A stretch of 62,963 nt of DNA from a virus (Duplodnaviria; Caudoviricetes). The stretch covers positions 1-62,963 of the IMG/VR virus record IMGVR_UViG_3300042199_000105, one strand, 5' to 3'. Below are positions 1 through 11,300 of this stretch, in pieces (within the stretch, counting starts at the first letter, position 1; every line of letters starts with the position of its first letter). The notes beneath the pieces are model-generated. The model ran no database searches, was not told the DNA's origin, and saw nothing but the letters and a program-made list of their open reading frames with translations. The position numbers and the translations under genes are program-made.

Positions 1-136
1 GTTCTCTTTTCATATGAGAATGAGGATTCACTGGACCTGTTGATGTAGGTCTTCGTACAGGACGACCCCAATTAGCTTCTACTAAATTTAAAGCCTCGGC
101 TATAAGTAGCCCTATGTATTTATAAGTATTGTTCAT
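1..136 (-). CDS. Partial (5' end) probable head/internal protein
   Basis: ATG at 136, just downstream of the protease stop; reads MNNTYKYIGLLIAEALNLVEANWGR... and runs off the window; shares a YxxIGLxxAE motif with other putative head proteins. Confidence 0.6.
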   Translation of the reverse strand, partial: MNNTYKYIGLLIAEALNLVEANWGRPVRRPTSTGPVNPHSHMKRE

Positions 137-138
137 AA

Positions 139-1353
139 TTAATCTTCTTCTTCATCTGTTACCGAAATTGTTGGTCCACCTTTACCACCTACACCTGTAT
201 AAGTTGTTAATTTACCTATTTGGAATTTACCACTTCTAGGTTTTTTATCTATCATTCCCTTATATCTTTTTGCTACTTTAGACTTTACACCTGTGTGGAG
301 TCTTCCTCTACCTGTAACGATTCTTGCTTCATCTATAAGTCCCATAGACTCTGCTATGATTAAACCTATACGATGATATTCAGTATGCTCACCAGCCCAA
401 CCCTTTTTTAATCCAGATAAAAACTCTCCAGGGGCTCTAACCGCTTTTCTTGCAAAAGATCCTATTCTTTGACCTAAAGGAGCTTTTGGTTCTTTAGCTT
501 TCGCTTGTCTTTCCTTTTCAGCAGCTAATGCTCGTTGATGATATATTTGACCTAGTGAAGATCTAAGATTACCCCAGTAACTTCCTGTATCTTTAAATCC
601 AGGTCGTTCTCTTGATGGTCTTCTAACAACTTCTTTATCATCTTCTTCTTCATCTTCTGTGTCAGAAGGGGATGGAGGAGGTGGTGGAGGTGGTGGAGTT
701 TGTGGAGGTGGTGGTTGAGGTCGATTTCGATTTCTTTTCTCAGTTAATACTAAATCATATTCTTCTCTCAATCGAGATTTAAGTAAAGTTACAAAGTTAC
801 TTTCTTTTTGTAACTTGGTTTGAGATTCTCTTGCAAATCTTGATTGAGTAGATTCAGCTAATGAAGGGAATGCACCTCTTGTAGATGGATCGGCTACAAG
901 ATCAAATGTAACTAGTCTATAATCTTCATTAACGATCTTATTACCTTGGGCATCTTCAGAGAGTGTACCCATACCACGGGAAGAAATACCAATACGAACG
1001 CCACCATCTATTAAAGCCTTTGCAGTTAGACCAGCAGGAGTCTTAAGAATCTCTGCTTCACCTATAAGTTCATTACCCTTTATTTCAAGCTTCGTAATTA
1101 AGTGAGAAGCATTGGAAAGTTTTACGGTATCATTTGATGGGTGATCTAATTCACCACAAAGTCTACGCTCTTGAATTAAAGGTTGAACTTTCTTTAATTG
1201 GCTTTCTAAAACGGTTGTAGGATAAATACGTCCGTTATTATTCTTTTCGTTGCAACGACCAAACACACCACGAATTTTCATGGTATCTTTGGCTGCTCCT
1301 TCGTTAAGAACTTGAAGTTTTTCTATTATGAATATGTCTTGTAGTAACTGCAT
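139..1353 (-). CDS. gp21: Prohead core protease (T4 gp21-like) with Pro-rich/basic C-terminal extension
   Basis: Motifs NNNGRIYP, GELDHP, ILKTPAG, GISSRGMG and FDLVADPS typical of T4-like prohead proteases. Confidence 0.95.
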   Translation of the reverse strand: MQLLQDIFIIEKLQVLNEGAAKDTMKIRGVFGRCNEKNNNGRIYPTTVLESQLKKVQPLIQERRLCGELDHPSNDTVKLSNASHLITKLEIKGNELIGEAEILKTPAGLTAKALIDGGVRIGISSRGMGTLSEDAQGNKIVNEDYRLVTFDLVADPSTRGAFPSLAESTQSRFARESQTKLQKESNFVTLLKSRLREEYDLVLTEKRNRNRPQPPPPQTPPPPPPPPSPSDTEDEEEDDKEVVRRPSRERPGFKDTGSYWGNLRSSLGQIYHQRALAAEKERQAKAKEPKAPLGQRIGSFARKAVRAPGEFLSGLKKGWAGEHTEYHRIGLIIAESMGLIDEARIVTGRGRLHTGVKSKVAKRYKGMIDKKPRSGKFQIGKLTTYTGVGGKGGPTISVTDEEED

Positions 1354-1772
1354 TATTTGTACTTTAATCCTCTAGCTTTCTTGATTGATCTACTTCCATA
1401 AGTTTGAGCTAACTTATCAGAAGCTCTTCCATAGCGTAACATGGTTCTTGCTGCGTGCTTCTTGATGCTACTCCAACCAGCAGAAGGTGTTGCACTTCCT
1501 GGAGTAAATCCTTTAGCAATTTTTCCTCTTCCGCTTTTAGCACCCCATTTACCTTTGGAAATCACATATAATCTTCCAGCAGCTTTAGTAGTAAAGATTT
1601 CACCGTATTGACCAGTATTTAAAGCATCACTAATACTGTTGTAAGTTCTAACTCTACCTTTAAATGATTTTTTTACGTTACGTTTAGTACCTTCTTTGGA
1701 TGCATAAACTTCACGACCAGATTTAGAACCTCTGGCTTCAAGTAATGAGTTTAGAACTTCTACTATTTTCAT
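1353..1772 (-). CDS. Small highly basic protein, probable prohead core/internal protein
   Basis: 139-aa K/R-rich ORF coupled to the protease gene; N-terminal LLE could be a protease site. Confidence 0.6.
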   Translation of the reverse strand: MKIVEVLNSLLEARGSKSGREVYASKEGTKRNVKKSFKGRVRTYNSISDALNTGQYGEIFTTKAAGRLYVISKGKWGAKSGRGKIAKGFTPGSATPSAGWSSIKKHAARTMLRYGRASDKLAQTYGSRSIKKARGLKYK

Positions 1773-2275
1773 TTAGTTATTCTTGCTTTTATTGATGCTT
1801 TAAGAACTTGAGAACGAGTGCTAAGTGCTTTTACTTTAGGTTTAACATAACCTAGCTTCTTTTCTATCTGCTCAAAAGGAACATTCTTTTGAGGTCCAGC
1901 TAAGTTAACACCAATACTACCAGTTGTGGTCATCTCCTGTAATAGATCTATAACTTGTCGTAGAAGAGGAACAAGCTCCTGTGCAGTTTCTTCAGTCATT
2001 AACTGAGTCTCCTGCTTAGGTTCTTCTTTAGGTTCATTTTCTGTCCAAACAAGTTCTGGGATACTATCAGCAGGTTCGGCATCTTGAGGAGTAAACTGCT
2101 CCCCGAGTATCTGCTTCATGAAGGTATCAGGAACTTTTATTTTAGATATATCTCTACCAGCAGGTGCAGCACCACTGCTTTTAGATGTGGCAGGATGTAA
2201 TTCCTTACCACTCTTAATATTACTCACACTTTCTAGTATGAGCTTTTCTGCGAAGTCTCCTATACTTCCCTTCAT
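1769..2275 (-). CDS. Hypothetical head-associated protein
   Basis: 168-aa ORF with 4-nt overlap to the next gene in the head cluster. Confidence 0.6.
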   Translation of the reverse strand: MKGSIGDFAEKLILESVSNIKSGKELHPATSKSSGAAPAGRDISKIKVPDTFMKQILGEQFTPQDAEPADSIPELVWTENEPKEEPKQETQLMTEETAQELVPLLRQVIDLLQEMTTTGSIGVNLAGPQKNVPFEQIEKKLGYVKPKVKALSTRSQVLKASIKARITK

Positions 2276-2294
2276 GAGCAGTTACTCCTTTTCC

Positions 2295-2822
2295 TCACTC
2301 TTCTTCGACTACTTCTTCGTCTTCGTCTAGAGTTTCGGTATCGTCTTGTAGAAGAAGCTCTTTGAGTGTTTCATCAATAACAGCTTCTACATCTTCTTCA
2401 CCTTCGTTTAGTTGGCTTAGACGCTCAACTAGACCCATGATTACATCGAGGTGCTCAAGGAGACGCTCTTCTTCTAGAGCTTCTTCTAACTGTGAGGTGC
2501 AAAGGGGGCAAACATGAACCTCTTCTGCAAGTTCTTCAGCGTCTTCACCATCTTCTACTTGCGTGGAGTCTTCAACAGAGCAATCTTTATCGCCCTTACC
2601 TTTCTTGTGTTCTTTCTTTTCTTCTTTCTTCATCATCTTCTTGATGAGCTTTTTATCTTCAGCCGCATCAGGATGACCTAATTCTTTTTCCTTGCCTACA
2701 TCATAGCCCTTTTTCTTTGTAGAGCCTTCTTCAATTACATGAGTTTCAAAACCAGCTTTGCCCCAAGCGGCTGATTCAATAAGTTTTTGACGAAGCTCGT
2801 CACTAAGTCTGAAATGATCCAT
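2295..2822 (-). CDS. Acidic putative prohead core/scaffold-type protein with a CxxC
   Basis: 175 aa, very E/D-rich C-terminal half, AAGGA RBS, lies upstream of the protease. Confidence 0.55.
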   Translation of the reverse strand: MDHFRLSDELRQKLIESAAWGKAGFETHVIEEGSTKKKGYDVGKEKELGHPDAAEDKKLIKKMMKKEEKKEHKKGKGDKDCSVEDSTQVEDGEDAEELAEEVHVCPLCTSQLEEALEEERLLEHLDVIMGLVERLSQLNEGEEDVEAVIDETLKELLLQDDTETLDEDEEVVEEE

Positions 2823-2926
2823 AAAATTTTCCTTTAGTAAATAGATTTAAGATTTTAATCTCTTACTTTATCTAGTAAAGCAAGAAAAATATTGTGATTT
2901 TTTTATTTTTTTGATAATTAAAGTTA

Positions 2927-5896
2927 TCATATTGGAATTTCTGGGTCTATTGGTGGAACTGGAGGTAGAGGTCTTATAGTAATAGTAGCCGAAAATTCCT
3001 TAGGCTGAGTAGTTGTTGTAGCTGTTAAAGTTACTTTCTGACTAGCTCTATTAATAGTAGGTATAACTTTTACACCATTTACAAGACCCTCTCTTAACTT
3101 TTTTCTAATCTCTTTAAAGTTCTCTATTCTGGATACCGTATTATATTCATTTAGTTTCATTCTACCATATACTTCATGCTCAGTTAAAGTCTTTCCTGCA
3201 CCATCCAAATTCAAATAATAGTTAGAATCTATTTCCTCAATTATCTCTTTTAAAACTCTTAATCCAGTCTTCTTTCTTGCAGGGGTTATTTCTTTTGAAG
3301 ATATAATATTATTATTTCTACGGTATCCAGAATTGAATACTTTATCAGAAATATTTAACTTCATAATTCTAGTTTGTGGATCAGTTTCTCCATAAACATT
3401 TACACCTTGCATACCATCAGTGCTCATAGTTACGAACTTATTAAGGTTAGGTACTGTAAACTCTGGTGATATGGATGATCTAAATCTTGCGGATCTTATA
3501 ACCGAACCAGAAGTCTCTAAAACTTTAATTTGAGATTTACCATTAAATAAGTTATATTCAGGTCTATTAGTTGGATATATTAAAATATACCAAGGTATTT
3601 GTCTCGTAAGTAAAGGAACAGTTTTATTTTCTTTTAAAGAATCAAAAGTGATGTCTACTTGAGTTAGATAAGCAGAAGATGTTTGTTCTATATAATCAAG
3701 CATCAAATCCTCATCATCTAGAATGAATACTCTGTGGTTTACTTTGTACTTAATATAATCATTTATTTCTTCTAAACCACTTGTAGTTTTACTATCCATC
3801 AAATCATATCTTACTTTAGTGTTCTTTAGTAAGAAGGATCCTGTATCTGCTGGAGTAGTTTCTAGAGAGCTTAATACAACTTTTAGTAAATAGAAGTTTT
3901 CTCTGGTTGCTGATAGTGAGTAATTGTATTCTATACCAGAAGCTAAAGGGGCACTTACTTCAAGAGTTCTATAGGTATCTCCTCCAAGAAGATTTATTGC
4001 TTTCTGTCTAACATCTTCAGAAATTATGAATGCATGATCTTTCTCTGATTGAGTGTAGAATCTATTCATAACTCCGTTAACGTCTATATTAAAGTATTCT
4101 CCATCTTCAAGAGCGTATGACGAGTTTCCTATAAAGGTATCATCATCCTTAATATAATACTTTTCCAAAACACCATCTACTTCAATAAAAAAGTTTCTAT
4201 CTATATCTGAAGATAATGTTTTCCAGTTAGGAAGAATAACTGACATTTTTCCCTCAGATTCTTTTGGATCTAAAGGAAACATATTCTGCTCTATAAATGA
4301 AAGAGCAGCTACTTCATTTACTCTATCATCTAAACTGTTCTTAAATGTTACTGTGTTTCTTCTTTCACTATCTCTAGCTAAATCCTCAAGCATACCTACG
4401 GTTATATTACCAAACGTACCATCAAGTATTCTAGTTCCTAATAAATTAAATATTTGTGATCTAGTTAAAGGAGTTCCATCATAATTTCTTATCTTATTTA
4501 GAATATCAATAACTTCTGGTTTCAAGCTGTTATATAAAGAAGCTTCCGTAACTCCAGCAGCAGCTTTAGTACTCCAACTACTTTCATTTTGTCTTGTTAA
4601 TATATAAGATATATTATTATCAATTAGTGATCCTAGTAATTCAGTATATCCTGTTTTATTTTCAACTAATTGAGATTCGCTAGGATACAGATCTAAGAAT
4701 GCATTAATATCCTGTGCTCCCGCTGGACGCTGTTTAATAATTGCGTTTGCTATAGTTGGATTAGTAAGATCAATTTCTCCAGCAGATACAAAGTTAGTTA
4801 CATTTTGAACAACGTCTGGATTTGATTGTCTAACTACACCTAATCCAGATGAAGGTTTAGATTTATTTAAATAGGTTGATGTATCTTTAATTGATACTTT
4901 TGAATTGTTAGAAGTGCTTGTAGTAACCAATCCTTTTCCCGAAGATGTTCTAGATGAAGTAGTGTTTGTTTTTATAGAGGTTTGTTTACTAGTCGATACA
5001 TTCTGTATCCCATTTCCAGATCCAGATTGTAATGCTGCTAAGTTTGAGCCAAATGGAACAAAAATTCTAGCTGAATAATAATCAAATGGCTCTTGTCCTA
5101 CAGAATTACAAGCATGAGTTAGAGTTCCTAGTGTACCTATTATTTCAGCATTACTGAAATTATTATCTGTAATAAAAGTTTGAATTGCATTATTGTAAAT
5201 TGTTTGATTCTGAGCTTGCCAATTTGGTTGATTAGTTACATCACTACAAACCTTACCAAAACCTACAATGTATAATCTTCCTGGCACACCAAGATAGGTA
5301 TAAGATTGAATATAGTCTAGATCAGGATCTCTTACTAAGGTAAATCCATAAACAGTTGGTGGAGGTGGGGGCGTATTAGCAACAAACGCAGCTACTCTGT
5401 ATAAATATGTCTGAGAATCATTTAATACATTACAAGGACTACCTACAGTACCTGTAGTAGAAATACCTCCAGCAGTTACATTTTGTATTAATGTCCAGTT
5501 ACTAGTTCCTAAACTTTGAGTTATTTTAGAATTAATATTGGATTTACTAGTATTAATAGTTTGTGTTAATAAAGTATTTGCTATTATTTGACAAACTTGA
5601 GTAAAAGTAAAAAAATATAAATTTCCTTGTTGACTGTTGTATGTAAAAGTTATAGGATTTGATTTTATAGGAACAGATGTAATTGGAACTATTGTTATTT
5701 GTGTGGTCTGATTTATAGTAGTTCCTGGAGGAATTTTTGTTGGGGGACTGTCTATACTTGGAGGAGGAGGTGGTGGTGGAGGTGGTGGTGGAGGATCTAC
5801 GACATCGACGGTACTTCCCCAATTAAAATCAGGGAAGTTTACAGGACCTATTCCAGGTAAATAGGTTCCGCATTCAAATGTCTTTACTAATGGCAA
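2927..5896 (-). CDS. Large virion structural protein (unknown), Pro-rich ends
   Basis: 989-aa ORF abutting the upstream gene in the tail operon. Confidence 0.7.
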   Translation of the reverse strand: MPLVKTFECGTYLPGIGPVNFPDFNWGSTVDVVDPPPPPPPPPPPPSIDSPPTKIPPGTTINQTTQITIVPITSVPIKSNPITFTYNSQQGNLYFFTFTQVCQIIANTLLTQTINTSKSNINSKITQSLGTSNWTLIQNVTAGGISTTGTVGSPCNVLNDSQTYLYRVAAFVANTPPPPPTVYGFTLVRDPDLDYIQSYTYLGVPGRLYIVGFGKVCSDVTNQPNWQAQNQTIYNNAIQTFITDNNFSNAEIIGTLGTLTHACNSVGQEPFDYYSARIFVPFGSNLAALQSGSGNGIQNVSTSKQTSIKTNTTSSRTSSGKGLVTTSTSNNSKVSIKDTSTYLNKSKPSSGLGVVRQSNPDVVQNVTNFVSAGEIDLTNPTIANAIIKQRPAGAQDINAFLDLYPSESQLVENKTGYTELLGSLIDNNISYILTRQNESSWSTKAAAGVTEASLYNSLKPEVIDILNKIRNYDGTPLTRSQIFNLLGTRILDGTFGNITVGMLEDLARDSERRNTVTFKNSLDDRVNEVAALSFIEQNMFPLDPKESEGKMSVILPNWKTLSSDIDRNFFIEVDGVLEKYYIKDDDTFIGNSSYALEDGEYFNIDVNGVMNRFYTQSEKDHAFIISEDVRQKAINLLGGDTYRTLEVSAPLASGIEYNYSLSATRENFYLLKVVLSSLETTPADTGSFLLKNTKVRYDLMDSKTTSGLEEINDYIKYKVNHRVFILDDEDLMLDYIEQTSSAYLTQVDITFDSLKENKTVPLLTRQIPWYILIYPTNRPEYNLFNGKSQIKVLETSGSVIRSARFRSSISPEFTVPNLNKFVTMSTDGMQGVNVYGETDPQTRIMKLNISDKVFNSGYRRNNNIISSKEITPARKKTGLRVLKEIIEEIDSNYYLNLDGAGKTLTEHEVYGRMKLNEYNTVSRIENFKEIRKKLREGLVNGVKVIPTINRASQKVTLTATTTTQPKEFSATITIRPLPPVPPIDPEIPI

Positions 5897-8323
5897 TTAA
5901 CTTTCCTTTAATGCAATTGTCGGATTAGTGCTATTTAGGTTTCCATATAGGAAGTTTTTATCTGCCATAGGAATACCTTCTAAGGACCATGTTACAGTTG
6001 GATATGTGCATAATCCAACTCTTGGGTTTCCTACATATCCAAAAGAGCTAATTGGAACTAGCGCATCGGTTTGTAATATATCTTGTACAGGAACAACGAA
6101 AGCAGAATATTTATTTAATGTTCTGTTAGAAACAGTAATATTGATGAAATCACTACCTTTTCCTGGATTTGTATCAATAGTGTCAGCTATATAAGATCCT
6201 CCAGGATAGTTTCTACGAGTAGAGTCATTAGCTTCATCTAATACTCTAGGCCAAGCAACATATATTGTAAAGCTATCAAAACCCTTTTCAACCCAAACAC
6301 CTTTATAATTTCCAAAAGCACCTATGGAAGGTAAACAATTTAAGAAATCAACGTGAACTTTATAATCTGCTAACCAACTAGGTCTTACAAATTGTATTTT
6401 CTTACTTACAAAATTAAATGTTATAGTATCATCATTTAGTGGAAAAGTATTGAACACAGGAGGAACTGAACCGTCTAGTGCTAATCCTGATGGAGTAACA
6501 GTTCCTAAATTACTTCCAGCAGCTACACCACCAATAAAAGTATTTATATAATCGTTTACATATAATCCTTTATCAGAAATATCTTGAAGAGTACACCATC
6601 TAGATAAATCCCAGTCTGGATAATCTGGAATATTAACAGTTGCAGCAGCAGAACCAAATGCATATCTTATTGCAACATAGTTTGTAATATATTCCTTACT
6701 ATCATTATCTTCTGTGTCTGTTGCAAATCTCTTTTGGTAGAAGTTATAAAGTGCTCCCTCAGGACCAAAATTCCATCCACCAAATACATATCCAGTAGCT
6801 AAGGTGTTAGTACCTCTTACTGGATCGGCTGTATCAGTATTTACCTGTTGAATTTTACCAATTAAATCATCATATGCTCTCTTTAATTCAAAGTCTAATT
6901 GAGCCTTACCTACGGCAGGGTTTGCTAAAGATAGCTGAGGAAACGCGGCTGCGATTCCTGCTCTTTCATTGTATGAAAGCTCCGCAGTTCTAAAAAATGG
7001 TCTTATATCTATAACATCAACTGGTAATACAACTTGAGAGTTATCTGATACAAACACATAAGCTACTGGAAGAATTGATTGACCTACTAATTCATATGCA
7101 TTATCTTCTAATCTTTCTGAAATTAGTGGAGCTATGTTTAGTAAATCATCAGGGCTTGGGAAGCTACCTCTAACAGAATATGCTATATCATTAGCTGAGG
7201 TAGAGTTAAATCCCATATTGTTGTTATTCTGATCAGCGGGATGTGCTAGGATAGATCCCTCAGTATTGACAATATAGTCTTTTGTAAAATTTGTTGTTGA
7301 TTGATAATTAACCCTAATACCAGCACCTCTTACAATACCTAGAGTTGGTTTAGTTATTGTTGTTGTGCCACCAGATTGTAGTAAATTAACTGAACTAAGA
7401 TCTATAGGTTTGCTGTATATGAAAACTAAATCAATTCTTTGTTGAACTCCAGTAACTGAAGTAGCCACACCATTCTCATCTGTGTAAGAGAAATCATCTA
7501 CGTCAAAATTGGGAACTTCTATTGTTAATTCTTCATCAACATCTACGATAGCTGTTCTTGCAATTCCTCTCCAAGCTTTTATAAAATAGTTTTCTGTCTT
7601 AGGAAGTTTTGCAAAACCATTATCTTGATTTGTAGTTTCAAAAGTAGGTAACACTATTGAAGCTGCTGCTAACTGATTTGCTTTTGCCCATAATAAAGAT
7701 TGTGTTATTATGAATGGAACTATGGAAGCTCCACCTCCTGGATAGTTAATATCGTAATCTCCATAACTAAGAACTGTAGCACCTGGTTGAATATTAACAC
7801 CTGATAAATTTACAGGAGTATCAGAATTAACTACAGGCCAAGTAAAAGCTCTTTCAGTTAGACCATTCATACCCATAGCATTTTGAGATACTATAGACTT
7901 AAAAGTTTCTAAAGCAGCTTGTAAGGCAGCATTTTTTCCATTAGGAAAGTCTCCACCATTAGGTAGCGCAGAATCCCAAGCATCAACATCACCTATAGCA
8001 GTACCCATAACTTTTCTAAGATATGCTAAAGGTCTTCGTGTAGATGCATCATTTATTCTAGCAGTATATCTTCCTGGTTTTACTCTTACTACTCTATCTT
8101 CTCCACTAGCGTAGGGTCTTAGTTCATCAATATCTGCTCTTTTAACAGAAGAAAGTTTTGTGGTAATTTCCTTTCTTATTTGATCTTTTAACCATAGGCA
8201 ATTCTCTTGAAGTTGTTTTAATGGTATATTATCAACTTCAAAATAATAAGGATCGTTCGCTTTAAAAAAGCGAATTGGATCTGTAAATCTGTAAGTACTA
8301 TCTAAGTATATTTTTTCAGCCAT
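5897..8323 (-). CDS. Virion/tail structural protein
   Basis: 808-aa ORF; N-terminal YYFEVDNIPL resembles FYNWEQDNLPL of the neighbouring gene. Confidence 0.65.
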   Translation of the reverse strand: MAEKIYLDSTYRFTDPIRFFKANDPYYFEVDNIPLKQLQENCLWLKDQIRKEITTKLSSVKRADIDELRPYASGEDRVVRVKPGRYTARINDASTRRPLAYLRKVMGTAIGDVDAWDSALPNGGDFPNGKNAALQAALETFKSIVSQNAMGMNGLTERAFTWPVVNSDTPVNLSGVNIQPGATVLSYGDYDINYPGGGASIVPFIITQSLLWAKANQLAAASIVLPTFETTNQDNGFAKLPKTENYFIKAWRGIARTAIVDVDEELTIEVPNFDVDDFSYTDENGVATSVTGVQQRIDLVFIYSKPIDLSSVNLLQSGGTTTITKPTLGIVRGAGIRVNYQSTTNFTKDYIVNTEGSILAHPADQNNNNMGFNSTSANDIAYSVRGSFPSPDDLLNIAPLISERLEDNAYELVGQSILPVAYVFVSDNSQVVLPVDVIDIRPFFRTAELSYNERAGIAAAFPQLSLANPAVGKAQLDFELKRAYDDLIGKIQQVNTDTADPVRGTNTLATGYVFGGWNFGPEGALYNFYQKRFATDTEDNDSKEYITNYVAIRYAFGSAAATVNIPDYPDWDLSRWCTLQDISDKGLYVNDYINTFIGGVAAGSNLGTVTPSGLALDGSVPPVFNTFPLNDDTITFNFVSKKIQFVRPSWLADYKVHVDFLNCLPSIGAFGNYKGVWVEKGFDSFTIYVAWPRVLDEANDSTRRNYPGGSYIADTIDTNPGKGSDFINITVSNRTLNKYSAFVVPVQDILQTDALVPISSFGYVGNPRVGLCTYPTVTWSLEGIPMADKNFLYGNLNSTNPTIALKES

Positions 8324-11300
8324 TAGTTCTCTCTCGAAAGATCAAAGATTGAAGCAGATCTAAATCCTATGCTTCCAGAAACATTTCCAATATATGATTC
8401 AGATTGTATTGAAGTATTGGATCTAGCAGAATAAATTGTAACCTTTTTAGGTCTTCCCGCTAATCCTACACTTGCATTTTGTGAGTTAGCAAATGTTTTA
8501 GCAGCAGACTCATCTAAAATACATTGAGTTGGATTTTCTTCAAGCATTTCAGAACAGTAATAGAATCCAGAAGTCCATAATGAATCGGGGATTCCATTAC
8601 TATTAGAGTCGTTACTAAACTTTAGTAAATCTGGATATGTTCCACTAGCATTAGCCGCTCCGGCGGGAACAACAGCAGATAAAGGAGCGGAACAGTTATA
8701 ACCTTGTGCAAATATTTGGTATGCAGGGCCAACTACTCCAGAGAATGATCCTCCTGTAGCATAAGGGTATGCTCCTTTAAAGAATCCTCCTCTATCAGTT
8801 TGTAAAACTCTTGCACTTGGTTTAGGCGACCAGTAAATTCTAAAGGGTCCTTGATTAGCATAAACACCTACACCTGCGCCTATAAGATATCGTGTAGAAT
8901 CATTATAATTTATTCCAGCAGTTCCTAGAAGTCTTATTGTTGCTGCATTTAGCGTTCCAGATATTGGGTAGAACGAATTAAATGGATTATTAACTGTTAC
9001 ACCAGAAGGTATAATCCAAACAGAGCTACCAGCGCCAAAGATATCTAGAATACTTAAAGATCCTGTATCAGGTGTTCCAGCAGGAGCACCAGAAGCTGGA
9101 ACAACATTTGTTGTGCTTATTCCATTAGCTGACGAAACCCATAACGCACTAGGTCCGTGATACTGAGAATCAGCGGGATGCATACCACTTACAGAAAGGA
9201 ATGAAGCATTTAGTCTTGAGGTATCTGCTATATTCCAAATCATGAATCTATCACATTCACTACCGCTAGTTGTGTAATATAATCCATCCAAGGGTGATGA
9301 ATTAGTTCCTACAGGAAAGTGAACATTTTTTACGTTTACAACACTATCTTCTGTAGCTCTTACGCAAACTCCTCCTTGAGTAATCTTACCTCTAGTTGTA
9401 AAGTTTGTAGTTCCATTTAATGGATTATCCACTACAAAGTATTGTAATAATCCTGTTTGAGATGTAAATGTTGGATAAGTTGGAGTTATTGTTGTTGGAG
9501 CTACAAAAGCTAAACCATTTGGATTCTCAAGATTATCTAGATAGAATTGACCTATTGCGGTTGTATCTTGAGGATTTGGATAGAATTGCAAACTACCTGA
9601 TGAAGTATAAGCACTAACATCATAAGTGTCAATAGGATAATCCGTTCCAAATCCTAGATAGGTTGGACCAAATGTTGCTCTTCTCCAGTTAGCAGGATAA
9701 GCACCTAAATCATTTAAGTTTATTATAGAATTTTTATTTGCAACTAAGCAAGCTCTAGTAGAATGTAATTCTACTGCTGTATGATTTTGTCCGTCTCCTA
9801 AATCAAAACCACTTACTTCTAAACCGAAAGAATCTCTAACTCTAGGTGGTTCTATATTTAGAATAGAATTATTTTCAACTAGAATATCTACACCAAACTG
9901 AGCGATTGCTGTTGGACCATGAATGTTTATTTGAGAATTATTATCAGCATATAATCCAGCCATCTTAGATTGGTTTGTTACTCCAGATGGACCGTATACA
10001 AAGTTGCATCCAGTTTTACTTCCAAATAAACTAGCTTTAGATGAGTTAGTAACTTTTAGTGCTCTACCATAAGAAGGTAGATTCCCTAAAGCATCAGAGG
10101 TTGAATCTACTCCAATATTTGGATGTAGTAAATCTAACATGGATCCTTGATCTACAGAGATTGCTGGTAAGTTACACTTATTAGCACCACTCCAACGAAT
10201 TACTCCGTGAGCTATATTAAATTTAGAGTTTCCGTAAGATATAGGAATACTATTCTTTCTAGCAAATCCAAAGTAACTATTATTTTGTAAATTAATATGC
10301 TGACCATTTCTTAAGAAATCTATTTGGGTTCTGTTATTTTGACCAGCGTTAGTAGGTGCAGCATAAGATGGATCCCAAGTAATTATTGAATTTTTAGCCA
10401 CTAAGCCTTCATTATTATGAAGTTCTACACAAAGCTCTTCAAATTTAATATTACTTCCTTCAGAAAGTATTCCTGTGTTATTGTGGAACACATCTATCAA
10501 GCCATCAAGATCTAGTATTGAATTTTGAAGAATCATACCAAATCCTGTATTACTATCAGATCCTAGTACACTACAAGAAGAGGATTGAACATTCGAGCTT
10601 CTAGTTAATCCTCCTCTTAGTTTAGAGTTCTCAATAACAAATCCTGCATAATTCTTAGAAGACTTGAATACTGCATCAGCATTAGAGCCACCAGCGTCAC
10701 CTACCCCTGTTGAAGTCGCAGCTACTGGATTAGAGCTTAGTGTTACATCACTATTTATTATATGGAATCCATAACCAGTATCTGCTTGTCTAGTAGTTGT
10801 TGTGGTTAGCTTATAGTTTCTATAAGCATAAGCTGATCTAGAAAGAATAACCTTAGAGTTATTAAACTTAAATCCAGCTTCTTGACATCTAGCTGCTCCA
10901 CAGTTTTCTAATACAACATCTGAGTTAATTACTTCAATACCATTAACCGTGGAACCTCCACCATTAACAAAGAAGTTTCTTATGTAAATTGGACCATCAC
11001 AATTCTTAATTGATATTTTTCTTAGATAATTTAGATAAATATTTCCTGTAGAAAAATCTCCAGCAGCAAAGTTTCTTCTTTGAGTAGTAGTAAATACTGA
11101 CTGGGTTGTTTGTCTAACTGCACTAAAATCTAGGGTTCCTATAGTAGAATCTCCAGTAATTCCTATGTTTTCTGGATAATTTGAATTAGCAAAACTAGCG
11201 TTTAATAAATCATAAACTGCTGAACTATCTAAGGAACAAAAAACAGGACCAGTTCTTAGATCATGTCTAGTTGAAAATATTACAGCCCCATCTCTTTGTA